Of a DNA stretch of 64,000 nucleotides, positions 17,643 to 26,933 are shown one piece after another (position 1 is the first letter of the stretch; every line of letters begins with the position of its first letter). The stretch lies in contig CAMTWO010000024.1 of assembly GCA_947085405.1 (NCBI GenBank), positions 579-64,578 on the forward strand. Reading direction: 5' to 3'. Under the pieces are notes generated by a model. It was not told where the DNA came from. It searched no databases and saw only the letters and a list, made by a program, of their open reading frames with translations. This DNA comes from an uncultured Ignavibacteriota bacterium. GTDB taxonomy: Bacteria > Bacteroidota > Ignavibacteria > UBA10030 > BY39. The position numbers and the translations under genes are program-made.

Positions 17643-20159
17643 TTGGATATATTGGTAGTTATTTTAATATTGGGAATTTTAACCGGTATTCTTGCTGGGG
17701 TATATTTTTTTAAACGTCGAAAAGTTACGGTTAAACTTTCTACCGACGAATTTAATCTATTAACGAGAAAATATTTTGACAGGTATGAATTACGCTCTTT
17801 TCTTGTGCGCGGCGACTTTAATACGACATACGAGGCATTCGACACCGAAAAAAATAAAACAGTATTGATTCGCGTACTTCATAAAAAACTCATCTATAAC
17901 GACAACGTTGCACAGCAATTTCAGTTTAAAGCTGAAATGTTAAAATATCTAGCGGAACGTTTCCCCGGAAAACTATTCCTACAAAATATTCGCTTCGGTA
18001 CCACATACGTTGACGATGAACCGCGTCCATTCATAGTAACTGATTTGATACACGGCGTTTCATTAGCTGAAGTGCTCGATAAACAAAACCGCCTTTCCCC
18101 CAACGACGCAATAAAAATAATCAACCAAATTGGAAAAGCTATTTCGGCTGCTCATAGCCAGAGAATCTGGATTCGCGATTTAGCGCCCGGAAACATTATC
18201 TTAAGTTTAGATGACGGCGGGAATTTAGTTGTCACGCTCGCTAACATCGGAGTCCCATTTAAAAATCTTCCTTCCGACGAAGCCGTACAATTCAAGCAAG
18301 GTTACTATTCTCCCGAGGACAAACGCGGAGAATCAGTTAACGAACAATCCGACGTTTATGCACTAGCTGCTTTGATGTTTAAAATGTTAGAAGGATACGA
18401 CCTCTCGTTCCGCAACGAAGGTGAGCCGTGGTCGGGAATTACCTCCGTGCTCGAAAATGCGTTAATGAACGACCCGCACAAACGCCCGTCTTCAGTTGAG
18501 AACTTTTTGAAAACAACAAATTCTATTCTCACTTTTAAATCGAATGTTAAGGATATGCGATGGAGTGTTGTGATTCCACAAATTTTAAAAGGACATACAA
18601 CAGTAAAGGTAAAATCGTCAGGACAAGAAACTATTGCACGAAAAGCCCCCGGGCGAGGTGTTGGTATTCCGATGTCCAAACAGACAAAAGAAAAAGTTTC
18701 TCATTCTTTACTAACCGGATTAGCAACGGCAATTATTTTTTGGTTTGGTAAAAAAATTGAATCTGTGCTTTCGAGTCCCAAAAAAGCAATAAGAGTAGCT
18801 ACAATTAGTATAGTAGCATTAGCAGTTGGATTGTGGTATTTTGTTTTTTCTCCCGATAAAACTACAATTTCAGTTTTTACCGAACCGCCGGGAGCCGTTG
18901 TTACGGTAAACGATGCACCAAGTGGAAAAAACACACCTCTTGAAAACTTCACTGTCGATGTTGGTAAATTATCAATAAAAGTTCACAAAAAAGATTTCTT
19001 CGCAGCCGAAACTTCTATCGTTACCAGCGAAGGACAGCATACAGAGTTGAATTTTAACCTAAAACCATCCGGGACATTATCGATTTCTGTAATGCCTCCC
19101 GACGCGATTGTAGTAGTAAATAAAGATACGATTCCACCTTTCCAACTTGGGAGTGTTGAACGGTCGGTTGGTAAGCATCGGATTACTGTGTTGCATTCCG
19201 TTTACGGCGAGAAGTCCGAAGATGTAGATTTAAAACAGGGAGAAAATAAAAATCTTCGATATAATCTCGCACCCACAGGTGGGGCTGCTCTGGTGGAAAG
19301 GTTGATAATTAATTCTGAACCTTCAGGAGCTTCGGTATTTATCGGCGAAATGGAGATCGGAAAAACTCCATACAGAGATAGTCTTATTCAACCGGGTTAT
19401 CACAAAATTAAAATCGTTGTCGGACCTGACTTTGAAGATTACGAACAGGTCGTTAGAATTATTGGAAATAAACCTGTAACAATCGAAGCTAAATTATCCC
19501 CCGCCGGATTTATTAATATATCTTCACAACCGGGCGGTGTTCCGGTATTTATGGACGGAAAAGAGATTGGAGTTACACCGGTAACAAACCAGAAGGTTGC
19601 ATCGGGCAGACATAGATTTAAAATGCAAAAGGATGGATTTAAAGATTTCGACACGACAGTAAACATATCGCAAAAACAATCTTACACTATAAGTAAAAAT
19701 TTAGTCCCGATGATCGGTAAGCTGAAACTGCGTGCAAAACCTTACGGCTCAATTTATATAGACGACCAACTGAAAAAATCGGATACTGATACTCCGTTTA
19801 ATATTGAAGTTCCATCCGGAACGCGTAAAATAAAAATTACACACCCGAAATACGGAACTTGGGAAAAATCAGTAAATATTAAAACTGAAGAATCGCTCGA
19901 AATTTTAGTCGATTTTGATAAAATCTATACTCTAACGATTACTGCTTTTGACGATGCCGGAAGCCCACTCCGTGCCGAAATATTTGTAGATGATAAATCG
20001 GAGGGTAAACAAACGCCATCGCAAATTAAAGTTCGGAGCGGATTGCATAAAATTGAAGTCCGTTTGGATGGTTACACGCTATTAGATGGGGCGAAAACTA
20101 TTAACTTTGAAAAGGATTTTGATCAGCCATTAAAATTCACACTCAAAAAAGGAAAATAG
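17643..20159 (+). CDS. Membrane protein with a degenerate Ser/Thr kinase-like domain (predicted pseudokinase) followed by six PEGA domains
   Basis: TTG start. N-terminal TM segment. Kinase-like core retains IRDLAPGN (HRDLKPxN-like) and SPE...DVYALAALMF, but the VAIK lysine is replaced (VLIRVL), there is no GxGxxG loop, and the DFG triplet is LAN. A second hydrophobic span (~aa 360-395) is followed by six repeats of the PEGA pattern (e.g. SEPSGASVFIGEMEIGKTPY, SQPGGVPVFMDGKEIGVTPV). Confidence 0.7.
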   Translation: MDILVVILILGILTGILAGVYFFKRRKVTVKLSTDEFNLLTRKYFDRYELRSFLVRGDFNTTYEAFDTEKNKTVLIRVLHKKLIYNDNVAQQFQFKAEMLKYLAERFPGKLFLQNIRFGTTYVDDEPRPFIVTDLIHGVSLAEVLDKQNRLSPNDAIKIINQIGKAISAAHSQRIWIRDLAPGNIILSLDDGGNLVVTLANIGVPFKNLPSDEAVQFKQGYYSPEDKRGESVNEQSDVYALAALMFKMLEGYDLSFRNEGEPWSGITSVLENALMNDPHKRPSSVENFLKTTNSILTFKSNVKDMRWSVVIPQILKGHTTVKVKSSGQETIARKAPGRGVGIPMSKQTKEKVSHSLLTGLATAIIFWFGKKIESVLSSPKKAIRVATISIVALAVGLWYFVFSPDKTTISVFTEPPGAVVTVNDAPSGKNTPLENFTVDVGKLSIKVHKKDFFAAETSIVTSEGQHTELNFNLKPSGTLSISVMPPDAIVVVNKDTIPPFQLGSVERSVGKHRITVLHSVYGEKSEDVDLKQGENKNLRYNLAPTGGAALVERLIINSEPSGASVFIGEMEIGKTPYRDSLIQPGYHKIKIVVGPDFEDYEQVVRIIGNKPVTIEAKLSPAGFINISSQPGGVPVFMDGKEIGVTPVTNQKVASGRHRFKMQKDGFKDFDTTVNISQKQSYTISKNLVPMIGKLKLRAKPYGSIYIDDQLKKSDTDTPFNIEVPSGTRKIKITHPKYGTWEKSVNIKTEESLEILVDFDKIYTLTITAFDDAGSPLRAEIFVDDKSEGKQTPSQIKVRSGLHKIEVRLDGYTLLDGAKTINFEKDFDQPLKFTLKKGK

Positions 20160-20326
20160 ATAAATTAAAGAAACCGCTGAAAAATCTTTCTACCTTTTAA
20201 CCGTTTCATTTATCCGCCTCTCCGAAGGAGTCCATTGGACTGGCGGGACGGTTTATAAACAATTTTTCAGAAGTGTTTAATATAAAAAGATGAAGCTAAT
20301 TCACAAAAACCAAAATTGGAGGATGT

Positions 20327-20890
20327 ATGATAGGTAAGTTGTTGTACAAGTATCGAAATGTTGCTGCCGTAATAATTGGAGTTATTATATTTGGGTTTTT
20401 CCTGCCCACTCTCGCTCCTATTATGGCACAAACGCAGAATGTCTGCGATGAAAAAATAAAGCAAGCCGAACAAAAGTTCTACGATGGACTGTTCGACGAT
20501 GCGATAGCGCTTTTAAACAATTGTTTAAAAGAGAGCAGCGTTACTAAGCAAGAACGAGCACGAGCTCACGAATTGCTTGCAAAAGTATATCTTGGAAAAG
20601 ACTATCAGGAACAAGCTGAAAATGCTATAAGAAAGCTATTAGAGTTGGTTCCCACCTATGCACCTAACCCTGATAAAGATACACCGACTTATGTAGCTTT
20701 AGTAGAAAAAATCAGAAGTCAACAGCCAGAAGAACCTCAAGCTACTGATGAACAAAAAAATGATAAAGCGTGGTACGAGAATACCTGGGTTATAGTAGGT
20801 GCCGGTGTTGCTGTGGTTGGGGCTGTAGTTGCAGTACTTCTGCTGACAAAAGAGGAGAAGAAACAGCCACCAACCGTATATCCGGATTAA
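20327..20890 (+). CDS. Signal-peptide/TM - helical (TPR-like) domain - C-terminal TM anchor protein, paralog A
   Basis: 187 aa. About 60% identical to the 22330-22905 product (CDEKIKQAEQKFYDGLFDDAIALLNNCLKE...LLAKVYLGKDY...LLELVPTY). Pro/Glu-rich linker then C-terminal hydrophobic helix. Confidence 0.6.
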   Translation: MIGKLLYKYRNVAAVIIGVIIFGFFLPTLAPIMAQTQNVCDEKIKQAEQKFYDGLFDDAIALLNNCLKESSVTKQERARAHELLAKVYLGKDYQEQAENAIRKLLELVPTYAPNPDKDTPTYVALVEKIRSQQPEEPQATDEQKNDKAWYENTWVIVGAGVAVVGAVVAVLLLTKEEKKQPPTVYPD

Positions 20891-20974
20891 AATATTCTGA
20901 TTTTATTTGAAAGAAAAAAAAGTTAGTATGGAAATTAATTATCAATATGAAAACATTATATGTGGAGAATACTT

Positions 20975-22243
20975 ATGAAAAATATATTTATTATTATAAT
21001 TGCAACTTTGTTGCTTGGTCTTATGTTTTTTGGATGCAAAAAAGATGAAGGAGCTCTCGGACCGATCACGGTAAGTGGTTTTGTCAAAGATTTTTTTGGA
21101 TTACCAGTGAGCGGAGCTGCTGTAATCATTCCTGGGAAGTCTGCTGTAACTACTAGCGCCGCCGGAACTTTCTCAATTCCAAACGTTACTGTTCCGTACG
21201 ATATATCTGTGGTAATAAGTGCGGGAAACGTTGCGATGATATATCAGGGCTTGAATCGCCCCGACCCCAAACTTCTCTATCTTTCTTTCCCGTCTATATC
21301 GAGAAATGCAACAATCACCGGTACAGCACCCGCCGCGTCTGGAAAAACGACTAAAATTTATTTTGTAAGTGGCGCTAATTTTTCCTCGGTTACTGCCGAC
21401 CCAACAACTGGAGCTTACTCCTTTAATGCCTATTGGTATGATACTTCCAATACCGCAAATGGAAAACTATACTTATTAAGGTATTCTACTGACATTGCGG
21501 GGACTCCAACCATCTTCGACGGATATGCTTCAAAATCGCTTACAGTTCAAAACGGTGCAAGCTATACAAATCAAAATTTCTCAACTGCTGACGTTATTGA
21601 CCCACCAGATGTAACGATCACTGGCGTTGTAAATACTCCAGCAGGTTATTCGCTTTCAAATCGGCGTCTGTACATTATATTCGATAATGCCAAAATTAGT
21701 TTAAGGAGTGAGCTTACCCCAATCGTCTCGAATAATTTTACATTTGCTGTTCCCAATATATCGGGTGTTCAATTCGGAATCCGGGCAGATGCGTCGATGA
21801 GCAGCACACCCAACACGGTAGGTACTTCTTTCACTAAATTAGGAATAAACGCCGGGTCAACGAACGTAAATGTTACGTTGGAGTCCTCGCCACGGTTGGC
21901 ACTACCTCCTCATAATGCTGCAAATATAGATTATAATTCAGAGTTTACATGGAGTCAAGGTACGGGCGACGGTGTAAATCTTGTTCAAATTTATTCTTCA
22001 GCTACTAACAGCCCCAGATATTATATCTTCACAAGGGCGTCGAATTTAAAAATACCCGATTTTTCGGTACACGGATTAGGGTTACCAGCAAATACGTCTT
22101 ATTCTTGGAGAGTTTATCGGTACTTACCAATTCCTTCTACTGATTATGCCGCATCAAATACATTTGTAAAGTGGTTGCGAGAAATGACTTCCGATTTAGG
22201 TTATACATATTCCGAAACATTTAATTTTACAACTAAGCCATAA
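20975..22243 (+). CDS. Lipoprotein with carboxypeptidase-regulatory-like beta-sandwich region
   Basis: MKNIFIIIIATLLLGLMFFGC lipobox. VSGFVKDFFGLPVSGAAVIIPGKS...GTFSIPNV pattern. An alternative upstream ATG lies at 20960. Confidence 0.55.
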   Translation: MKNIFIIIIATLLLGLMFFGCKKDEGALGPITVSGFVKDFFGLPVSGAAVIIPGKSAVTTSAAGTFSIPNVTVPYDISVVISAGNVAMIYQGLNRPDPKLLYLSFPSISRNATITGTAPAASGKTTKIYFVSGANFSSVTADPTTGAYSFNAYWYDTSNTANGKLYLLRYSTDIAGTPTIFDGYASKSLTVQNGASYTNQNFSTADVIDPPDVTITGVVNTPAGYSLSNRRLYIIFDNAKISLRSELTPIVSNNFTFAVPNISGVQFGIRADASMSSTPNTVGTSFTKLGINAGSTNVNVTLESSPRLALPPHNAANIDYNSEFTWSQGTGDGVNLVQIYSSATNSPRYYIFTRASNLKIPDFSVHGLGLPANTSYSWRVYRYLPIPSTDYAASNTFVKWLREMTSDLGYTYSETFNFTTKP

Positions 22244-22329
22244 AATATTAATTTTATAAATAAACAAATCTATGGATAGATTAGAGGTAAACAATTAACT
22301 AATTAATAAAAACATTTGGAGGACGAATT

Positions 22330-22905
22330 ATGTTTAAACGATTTCTTTTTAATCGTGGCGGTCCATTAGTAATTATTATTTGGACAATAATTATCGCTCT
22401 GTTGTTTCAACCCCTTACCGGAGCTTATGCTCAGGTAAAGGGAGTATGTGAGGAGAGGTTGAAAGAAGCAGAGAAAAAATTTTATGACGGTCTTTTTGAC
22501 GACGCAATAACCTTGCTGAATCAATGTCTTAAAGAACCAAATCTTGCTCAACAGGAGAGGGCAAAAACACACGAGCTTTTAGCTAAAGTTTACTTAGGTA
22601 AAGATTATCTTGACCAGGCGGAGAATGCACTTAAAAAATTACTTGAGTTAGTTCCCACTTATACAGCTAATCCAGAAAGGGATACGCCAACATTTGTTGC
22701 CTTAGTCGATAAAGTAAAAGCTGAGCAACCTAAAGAACCTGAACCCGCAGAGAAAAAAGAAGAACCAGGCGCTTGGTACACAAACACATGGGTGTTGGTT
22801 GGTACCGGCGTAGCAGTTGCCGGTGGAGTTGCTCTGTTACTTCTTTCCGGTAAAAAAGAAGCAGAGACAGTAAATCCACTTCCTGCTCCACCAGGTTTGC
22901 CCTGA
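22330..22905 (+). CDS. Signal-peptide/TM - helical (TPR-like) domain - C-terminal TM anchor protein, paralog B
   Basis: 191 aa, GGAGGA RBS. Paralog of the 20327-20890 product. Confidence 0.6.
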   Translation: MFKRFLFNRGGPLVIIIWTIIIALLFQPLTGAYAQVKGVCEERLKEAEKKFYDGLFDDAITLLNQCLKEPNLAQQERAKTHELLAKVYLGKDYLDQAENALKKLLELVPTYTANPERDTPTFVALVDKVKAEQPKEPEPAEKKEEPGAWYTNTWVLVGTGVAVAGGVALLLLSGKKEAETVNPLPAPPGLP

Positions 22906-22961
22906 ACTATTTTAAAATATTAAACATGAAATATAAATTAATTTAAAGGAGAAAATTGGTC

Positions 22962-23759
22962 ATGAAAACATTTACTATTATTGTCTTAAGCCTAACCTTA
23001 ATCACAATTTCTTTCGCACAAGTACCGCAACTTGTTAATTACCAAGGTAAACTTGATTCTGCTGGTGTGCCTTTAAGCGGGACAAGAAATCTAACTTTTA
23101 AAATTTATGATGCCGCGACCGCCGGTTCTACACTCTGGACCGAGTTGCAGGCAAATGTAGCAATTGCAAACGGAATATTTAATGTGCTATTAGGAAGTGT
23201 TACACCCTTTACTGGGGGTGTCTTCGGTGGAACAGGTGAGCGTTATTTAGGAGTTACGGTAGGGACAGGAACTGAAATGGCACCTCGATATCGCATTACC
23301 AGTACAGCATTTTCAATTCGCGCCGCGAGTGCAGATTATGTATTATTTCAAAAGAATCCTATTTTAACCAGTCAAGCTACAACTCCATCGATCCTTTCTC
23401 TAACTACAACAGCTCAAACAGCAAGGACTTTGGCATTTACTGCACCGATGGCTGGGAAGATATTAGTAACAGCAAGCGGATTTTTAGAGATGGTTCTTTC
23501 GGTTAGCACTCCAACTTATGCAACTGTAAACCTTACAAACATTTCTACACCAACAGCTGTTTATGGGGATGGTATCATTGTATTACGTACTCCAAACACA
23601 CTACCTGCTGGTTCTTATTTTACTATTCCTTGGTCAGTAACTCGTGTATTCACTGTTACAGGAAGCGGGTCAGTATATGTACACGGTAAAATTGAATCTA
23701 GCTCTAATTCTGGAAGTTTATACGTATCAAGTATGTCTGTTCTATTTGTTCCAGATTGA
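22962..23759 (+). CDS. Secreted hypothetical protein (signal peptide)
   Basis: MKTFTIIVLSLTLITISFAQ signal peptide. AGGAG RBS 10 nt upstream of ATG 22962 (a TTG at 22956 is also in frame). Confidence 0.5.
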   Translation: MKTFTIIVLSLTLITISFAQVPQLVNYQGKLDSAGVPLSGTRNLTFKIYDAATAGSTLWTELQANVAIANGIFNVLLGSVTPFTGGVFGGTGERYLGVTVGTGTEMAPRYRITSTAFSIRAASADYVLFQKNPILTSQATTPSILSLTTTAQTARTLAFTAPMAGKILVTASGFLEMVLSVSTPTYATVNLTNISTPTAVYGDGIIVLRTPNTLPAGSYFTIPWSVTRVFTVTGSGSVYVHGKIESSSNSGSLYVSSMSVLFVPD

Positions 23760-23856
23760 TATTTTTTAATGACTCACTAATATTCAATAAATACAAGAAT
23801 AACTATATGAATGATCTTGAAATTAATAATATAAAAATAGATTGGAGGGTGATATT

Positions 23857-25752
23857 ATGAAATATAAATATAAAATAATACTCGGACTTATATTAGTCTG
23901 TATTAGTTATAAATCGTTTTCACAAACGCAATTATCGACATCAACACAAAGTAACGCTGGCGGTGTTTCTTCAAGTGGAGCTTTTACACTAACATCCACT
24001 TTCGGCCAACCATCACCTATCGGTATCGGTGTAAGCGGACAAATTAATTCTTCAAGCGGCTACATTTATCAAGCTACATTAGATGCTACTGCACCGACTA
24101 TCTCATTAGCTTCTATATCTCCTCCGGTAGCTGCTCAGCAGGTTACAGTCGTATTTACAGTAACTGATTTATCCGGCGTGGCAAATGCAACGTTGTTCTA
24201 TCGGCGGGGCGGCGATCAAACATTCACACCACTCACATTAACTAAAACAGTTAATAACTTTGATGGCGTTATTCCAGCAAGCTCCGTTACCTCTCGCGGT
24301 TTAGAATTTTATGTTACCGCTGCAGATGTTTATAATAACATTGCACGTTTTCCGGTTAGCAATATTTATTCTGCACAAGTTGCTGTTTTAGGTGGAGTTA
24401 CAAAACCAACAGCTCAACCTGCCGGCAGCGAACAAAATGCATATCGGCTGATTTCCCTACCAATAAGTGCAACTAATAAAACTCCCAACGCAGTATTGGA
24501 AGACGATTTAGGCGGCTACAATAATACCAAATGGCGGTTTTTTGAATTGAAGGATGGAAAATTACCTTACGTTGAGTTTGGAAATACATCGCAAATGCTT
24601 CCGGGAAAATCTTTCTGGCTGATTGTAAAGGAAGCTGGCAAGGTTATAAATACCGGTGCGGGTACTTCAAATTTCACACATAGAACTTATCCCATTCAGT
24701 TAGATACAGGTTGGACGTTCATCGGAAATCCATTTGACTTTGATATTCCGCTTGGTAATTTAGTTCGGAAAAGTGGCAGTGCTTTGGACCTGCGTAGTTA
24801 CTTTGGAAGCTGGTCAAATTATAGCAGTGCATTAATTCCGTTTGAGGGATATGCTGTCTCTAATTTATCGGGTTCGGTGGATACTCTTTTTGTAAATCCT
24901 AATATAGGTGTCCCCATACCATTAAAACAAGATGCCGAAAAATCAGAAGATGTTATCTGGAAAATAAAAATATTAGCAGAATGTAAAGACGCTAAAGATG
25001 ATGATAATGAAATAGTTATATCTCAGTCGGCAAAGGTTGATTATGATGAGTTAGACAAACCCGAACCGCCCGTAATCGGCGAATTTGTGTCTGTCTATTT
25101 TCCTCGCTCGAACTGGGGAAAGATATTGGATAAATTCTGCGTTGATGCCCGACCGAATCCTGCGGATGGGGCGGACTGGGAATTCGAAGTTCTCAGTAAT
25201 ATCGAAGATAAAATTGATTTGAAATTTGATGGATTGGAAAATATACCGCTTGAAACCGAAGTTGTGTTGATAGATAAGCTGATAAAATCGACTCAAGATT
25301 TGAAACAATCGGATAAATACTCTTTTACGAATATATCCAAAACTAATCCACGAAAGATGAACATATTAGTTGGAAGTCAATCATTTATTCAAAATAAACT
25401 AACAGAAATTGGGGCGATACCATCTGAATTCGAGCTATCCCAAAATTTCCCCAACCCGTTTAATCCTACTACTGTTATCCGATATGGCTTGCCTAATGCT
25501 GCTCACGTAACTATCAAAATTTATGATCTACTCGGACAAGAAATTATAACACTTGTGGATGAAGCACAAGAGAAGGGTTATCGTTCGGTTGAGTGGAATG
25601 GAAAAAATAGTTTGGGTACTGATATCGCCAGCGGATTATCCTCCAAAGGCGGATACGCCTCTGGCGTATATTTCTACAGGATTGAAGCATCTGATATACA
25701 AAATCCGGGTAATAAATTTGTACAAGTGAAAAGGATGCTCCTCCTACGCTGA
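23857..25752 (+). CDS. T9SS-sorted secreted protein (C-terminal Por sorting domain)
   Basis: Signal peptide MKYKYKIILGLILVCISYKSFSQ. C-terminus FPNPFNPTTVIRYGLP...KIYDLLGQEIITLVDE...VYFYRIEA...KRMLLLR. GGAGGG RBS. Confidence 0.75.
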   Translation: MKYKYKIILGLILVCISYKSFSQTQLSTSTQSNAGGVSSSGAFTLTSTFGQPSPIGIGVSGQINSSSGYIYQATLDATAPTISLASISPPVAAQQVTVVFTVTDLSGVANATLFYRRGGDQTFTPLTLTKTVNNFDGVIPASSVTSRGLEFYVTAADVYNNIARFPVSNIYSAQVAVLGGVTKPTAQPAGSEQNAYRLISLPISATNKTPNAVLEDDLGGYNNTKWRFFELKDGKLPYVEFGNTSQMLPGKSFWLIVKEAGKVINTGAGTSNFTHRTYPIQLDTGWTFIGNPFDFDIPLGNLVRKSGSALDLRSYFGSWSNYSSALIPFEGYAVSNLSGSVDTLFVNPNIGVPIPLKQDAEKSEDVIWKIKILAECKDAKDDDNEIVISQSAKVDYDELDKPEPPVIGEFVSVYFPRSNWGKILDKFCVDARPNPADGADWEFEVLSNIEDKIDLKFDGLENIPLETEVVLIDKLIKSTQDLKQSDKYSFTNISKTNPRKMNILVGSQSFIQNKLTEIGAIPSEFELSQNFPNPFNPTTVIRYGLPNAAHVTIKIYDLLGQEIITLVDEAQEKGYRSVEWNGKNSLGTDIASGLSSKGGYASGVYFYRIEASDIQNPGNKFVQVKRMLLLR

Positions 25753-25790
25753 CTTGCCCGCCGAAGCGTTCACGCATAGGCGGGAGCTTC
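25746..25790. repeat. GC-rich palindromic element (CCCGCC...AGCGTTCA...GGCGGG), copy 1; terminator-like
   Basis: ttgcccgccgaagcgttcacgcataggcgggagcttcgg, immediately after the stop of the T9SS gene. Two alternative stems: cccgcc/ggcggg and ccgaagc/gcttcgg. Confidence 0.5.
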
Positions 25791-25818
25791 GGAGGATAAA
25801 TGCTGATGAAATAAATTT

Positions 25819-26892
25819 ATGAATCGATGGTGGAAATATTATTTATTCGTGTCGGTTGCGGTGCTGACGCTGCAGTTTAGCTGCAAAGACAAGATAGTTG
25901 ACCCGCCGGTAAAAAACCCGCGTGAATATACGTGGACTGTTGATACAATTGCATACCCCGGCAGCTATCAAACGGCTATGCGTAGTATCTATGCAACCGC
26001 ACCAAACAATGTTTATGTCGTTGGACATAATGATCAACCAGGGCCTGGAACAATGTTTAGATATGATGGAAAAAGCTGGAAGACTACAAAATTTCATCAA
26101 GCTGAAGGTGGTCAAATAGTTGGAGCATTAAGTTTAAGTTCAATATATGGATTTGGGCAAAATAATATTTGGGCAGTAGGTCACACGTCATCTTACAATC
26201 CAAATCCGCCGCCGAATTTTTTATTTAGCAGTAAAATCATCCAATTTGACGGTGTGAAGTGGAAAGAACATAGTGTGAGCGATGGGGGTATGCTTCAAAC
26301 TGTATGGGGAAGTAGCCCAAACGACCTTTGGGCAGGAGGTGGAAGTACGCTTTTTCATTATGATGGATTAAAATGGACAAAACAGCAAATGGATCCACGA
26401 GACGGTTTCTACCATATTCATGGATTATCGAGTAATGAAATTTATCTTCTTGGAATAAGAACCTTAGATCCATTGAATCCATGGCAGCAGTATCATGTAC
26501 TACTAAGATATAACGGCTTTTCGTGGAGTGTTATCGACTCTGTTTCTGTAATGTCATACACGTATCCATTTGGAGTCGCTCGATTAGGAAGTATGAGTGG
26601 TACGATGTATTCTCTTGCGGATGGAGTCTATTCCTTGCGCGGTGGTGTCTGGAAGCAAGAATTAACCACTAACTCGCCGCTGCAATGTCTGTATGCATAC
26701 AGCAGCACAAATGCTTTTGTCGTAGGTCAAAACTCGCTCATCTATCATTATGATGGACAGACATGGCAACAACTTATGAATATAGTGGATGACGGTTGGT
26801 GGTTCACTGGGGTTTGGAATAGTGAGAAGGAAGCATTTATTGTCGGGCATGATGCAGGTGGATATAAAACTATAGTCCTTCATGGTAAGTAA
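25819..26892 (+). CDS. Lipoprotein with repeated hDGxxW beta-propeller-like motifs
   Basis: Signal peptide plus lipobox LQFSC. Repeats YDGKSWKTT, FDGVKWKEH, YDGLKWTKQ, YNGFSWSVI, YDGQTWQQL. Confidence 0.55.
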   Translation: MNRWWKYYLFVSVAVLTLQFSCKDKIVDPPVKNPREYTWTVDTIAYPGSYQTAMRSIYATAPNNVYVVGHNDQPGPGTMFRYDGKSWKTTKFHQAEGGQIVGALSLSSIYGFGQNNIWAVGHTSSYNPNPPPNFLFSSKIIQFDGVKWKEHSVSDGGMLQTVWGSSPNDLWAGGGSTLFHYDGLKWTKQQMDPRDGFYHIHGLSSNEIYLLGIRTLDPLNPWQQYHVLLRYNGFSWSVIDSVSVMSYTYPFGVARLGSMSGTMYSLADGVYSLRGGVWKQELTTNSPLQCLYAYSSTNAFVVGQNSLIYHYDGQTWQQLMNIVDDGWWFTGVWNSEKEAFIVGHDAGGYKTIVLHGK

Positions 26893-26933
26893 AAAGGAAA
26901 TATTAAAACGGAATAATTTCTAAATAAAATGAA

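Noticed and set aside
17643-18600. Annotating the 838-aa protein as an active PpkA-like Ser/Thr kinase
   Set aside because: The VAIK lysine, the glycine-rich loop and the DFG aspartate are all absent, so it is called a pseudokinase pending alignment.
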